Positions 52,850 to 53,321 of a stretch of 53,321 nucleotides of DNA are shown one piece after another. A program made the position numbers and the translations under genes. Position 1 is the stretch's first letter. Each line of letters starts with the position of its first letter. The notes below the pieces were generated by a model that had not been told where the DNA came from, did not search any database, and saw only the letters and a list, made by a program, of their open reading frames with translations. The stretch spans positions 1-53,321 of the forward strand of contig JAGRIO010000001.1 of assembly GCA_020443225.1 (NCBI GenBank), read 5' to 3'. This DNA is from Pseudomonadales bacterium. GTDB lineage: Bacteria > Pseudomonadota > Gammaproteobacteria > Pseudomonadales > Azotimanducaceae.

Positions 52850-53321
52850 ATGACAGATTACCTTCGAACACCTGATCAGAACTTTGCGGACCTTGAGGAT
52901 TATCCCTTCGCGCCTCACTACCATCAGTGGCAGGACCTGCGGGTTCACTATCTGGATGAAGGTCCCGAAGATGGTCCTGTTATGTTGCTGTTACACGGTA
53001 TGCCCACCTGGAGCTACCTCTATCGTCATATCATTCCGCCGTTGGTAGCCCAGGGCTATCGTTGTATTGCGCCAGATCATCTGGGTTTTGGTAAATCAGA
53101 TAAACCGCTTGATATCCACTGGTATACCATCGCCCGGCATACAGAAGTGCTGACCAGTCTGATTGTGGCGCTGGATCTGCAGAATATTACTCTGGTATGT
53201 CAGGACTGGGGCGGACCAACCGGACTTGCCCAGACAGCCATGATGTCCGAGCGGTTTGCGCGGCTGACCATTATGAATACCTGGTTGCATCATGCTGAGT
53301 ACGAGTACTCAGAAGGTATTC
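52850..53321 (+). CDS. Haloalkane dehalogenase, HLD-I (DhlA-like), N-terminal 157 aa. The 3' end runs off the right edge of the window.
   Basis: Absent from the ORF track because it is edge-truncated. Hand translation gives MTDYLRTPDQNFADLEDYPFAPHY...LRVHYLDEGPEDGPVMLLLHGMPTWSYLYRHIIPPL..GYRCIAPDHLGFGKSDKP...LDLQNITLVCQDWGGPTGL...RLTIMNTW. It is near-colinear with Xanthobacter DhlA, including the HG(E/M)PTWSYLYR segment and the nucleophile motif QDWGG. GGAG lies 7 nt upstream. Confidence 0.85.
   Translation, partial: MTDYLRTPDQNFADLEDYPFAPHYHQWQDLRVHYLDEGPEDGPVMLLLHGMPTWSYLYRHIIPPLVAQGYRCIAPDHLGFGKSDKPLDIHWYTIARHTEVLTSLIVALDLQNITLVCQDWGGPTGLAQTAMMSERFARLTIMNTWLHHAEYEYSEGI

Noticed and set aside
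1-53321. I searched for mobile elements, prophage, integron or genomic-island boundaries, and for tRNA, rRNA or tmRNA genes.
   Set aside because: I recognised no transposase, integrase, recombinase or phage structural motifs among the ORFs. I saw no tRNA-like T-arm (GGTTCGAATCC-type) sequences and no long terminal inverted or direct repeats. This was an eye scan only. tRNAscan-SE, Infernal and ISEScan runs would be decisive.

Overview
This is a gene-dense 53.3-kb chromosomal segment with about 47 protein-coding genes on both strands. By gene content it resembles a marine, lipid- or hydrocarbon-associated gammaproteobacterium, though that is inference only. I recognised no rRNA, tRNA, CRISPR array, transposase, integrase or phage genes, so it reads as ordinary or accessory-metabolic chromosome rather than a mobile or defence island. 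Contents, left to right: a truncated wax-ester synthase (WS/DGAT), TrkH and a MaoC-type hydratase. A cNMP-binding::CPBP-protease fusion follows, then a divergent pair of membrane-anchored enzymes (an HxxxD acyltransferase-like protein and a 2OG-Fe(II) oxygenase). Next are RND efflux pair 1, a small catabolic cluster (FAD oxidoreductase, VOC, 2-hydroxyacid dehydrogenase, GH3), cspA with a long leader, and an ABC exporter. The tetR-MFP-RND operon 2 comes next, then SulP, a D-aminoacylase, and a MerR/SDR divergon. A run of uncharacterised families follows: TIGR02466, DUF599, hemolysin III, DUF465, and a DUF1800 + Tat-DUF1501 pair. After that come dbpA, a sigma-54 activator divergent from a MipA-like outer membrane protein operon, a Crp-MATE-DUF2855 string, TauD, and an MgtC-hydrolase-amidohydrolase operon. 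The window ends with a PHP nuclease, a second DEAD-box helicase, an MFS transporter, a quinone-reductase-like oxidoreductase, UPF0126, TIGR02647 and a truncated DhlA-like haloalkane dehalogenase. The two edge genes are missing from the supplied ORF track and were translated by hand. I found no convincing classical defence, toxin or mobile system. The best candidates for undescribed biology are (i) the cNMP-gated CPBP protease fusion, (ii) the adjacent divergent membrane-anchored acyltransferase/oxygenase pair in a lipid-gene neighbourhood, and (iii) the GAF-type sigma-54 activator with a -24/-12-like element in front of the MipA-like operon. All family assignments come from motif recognition by eye and need HMM or structure searches to confirm.
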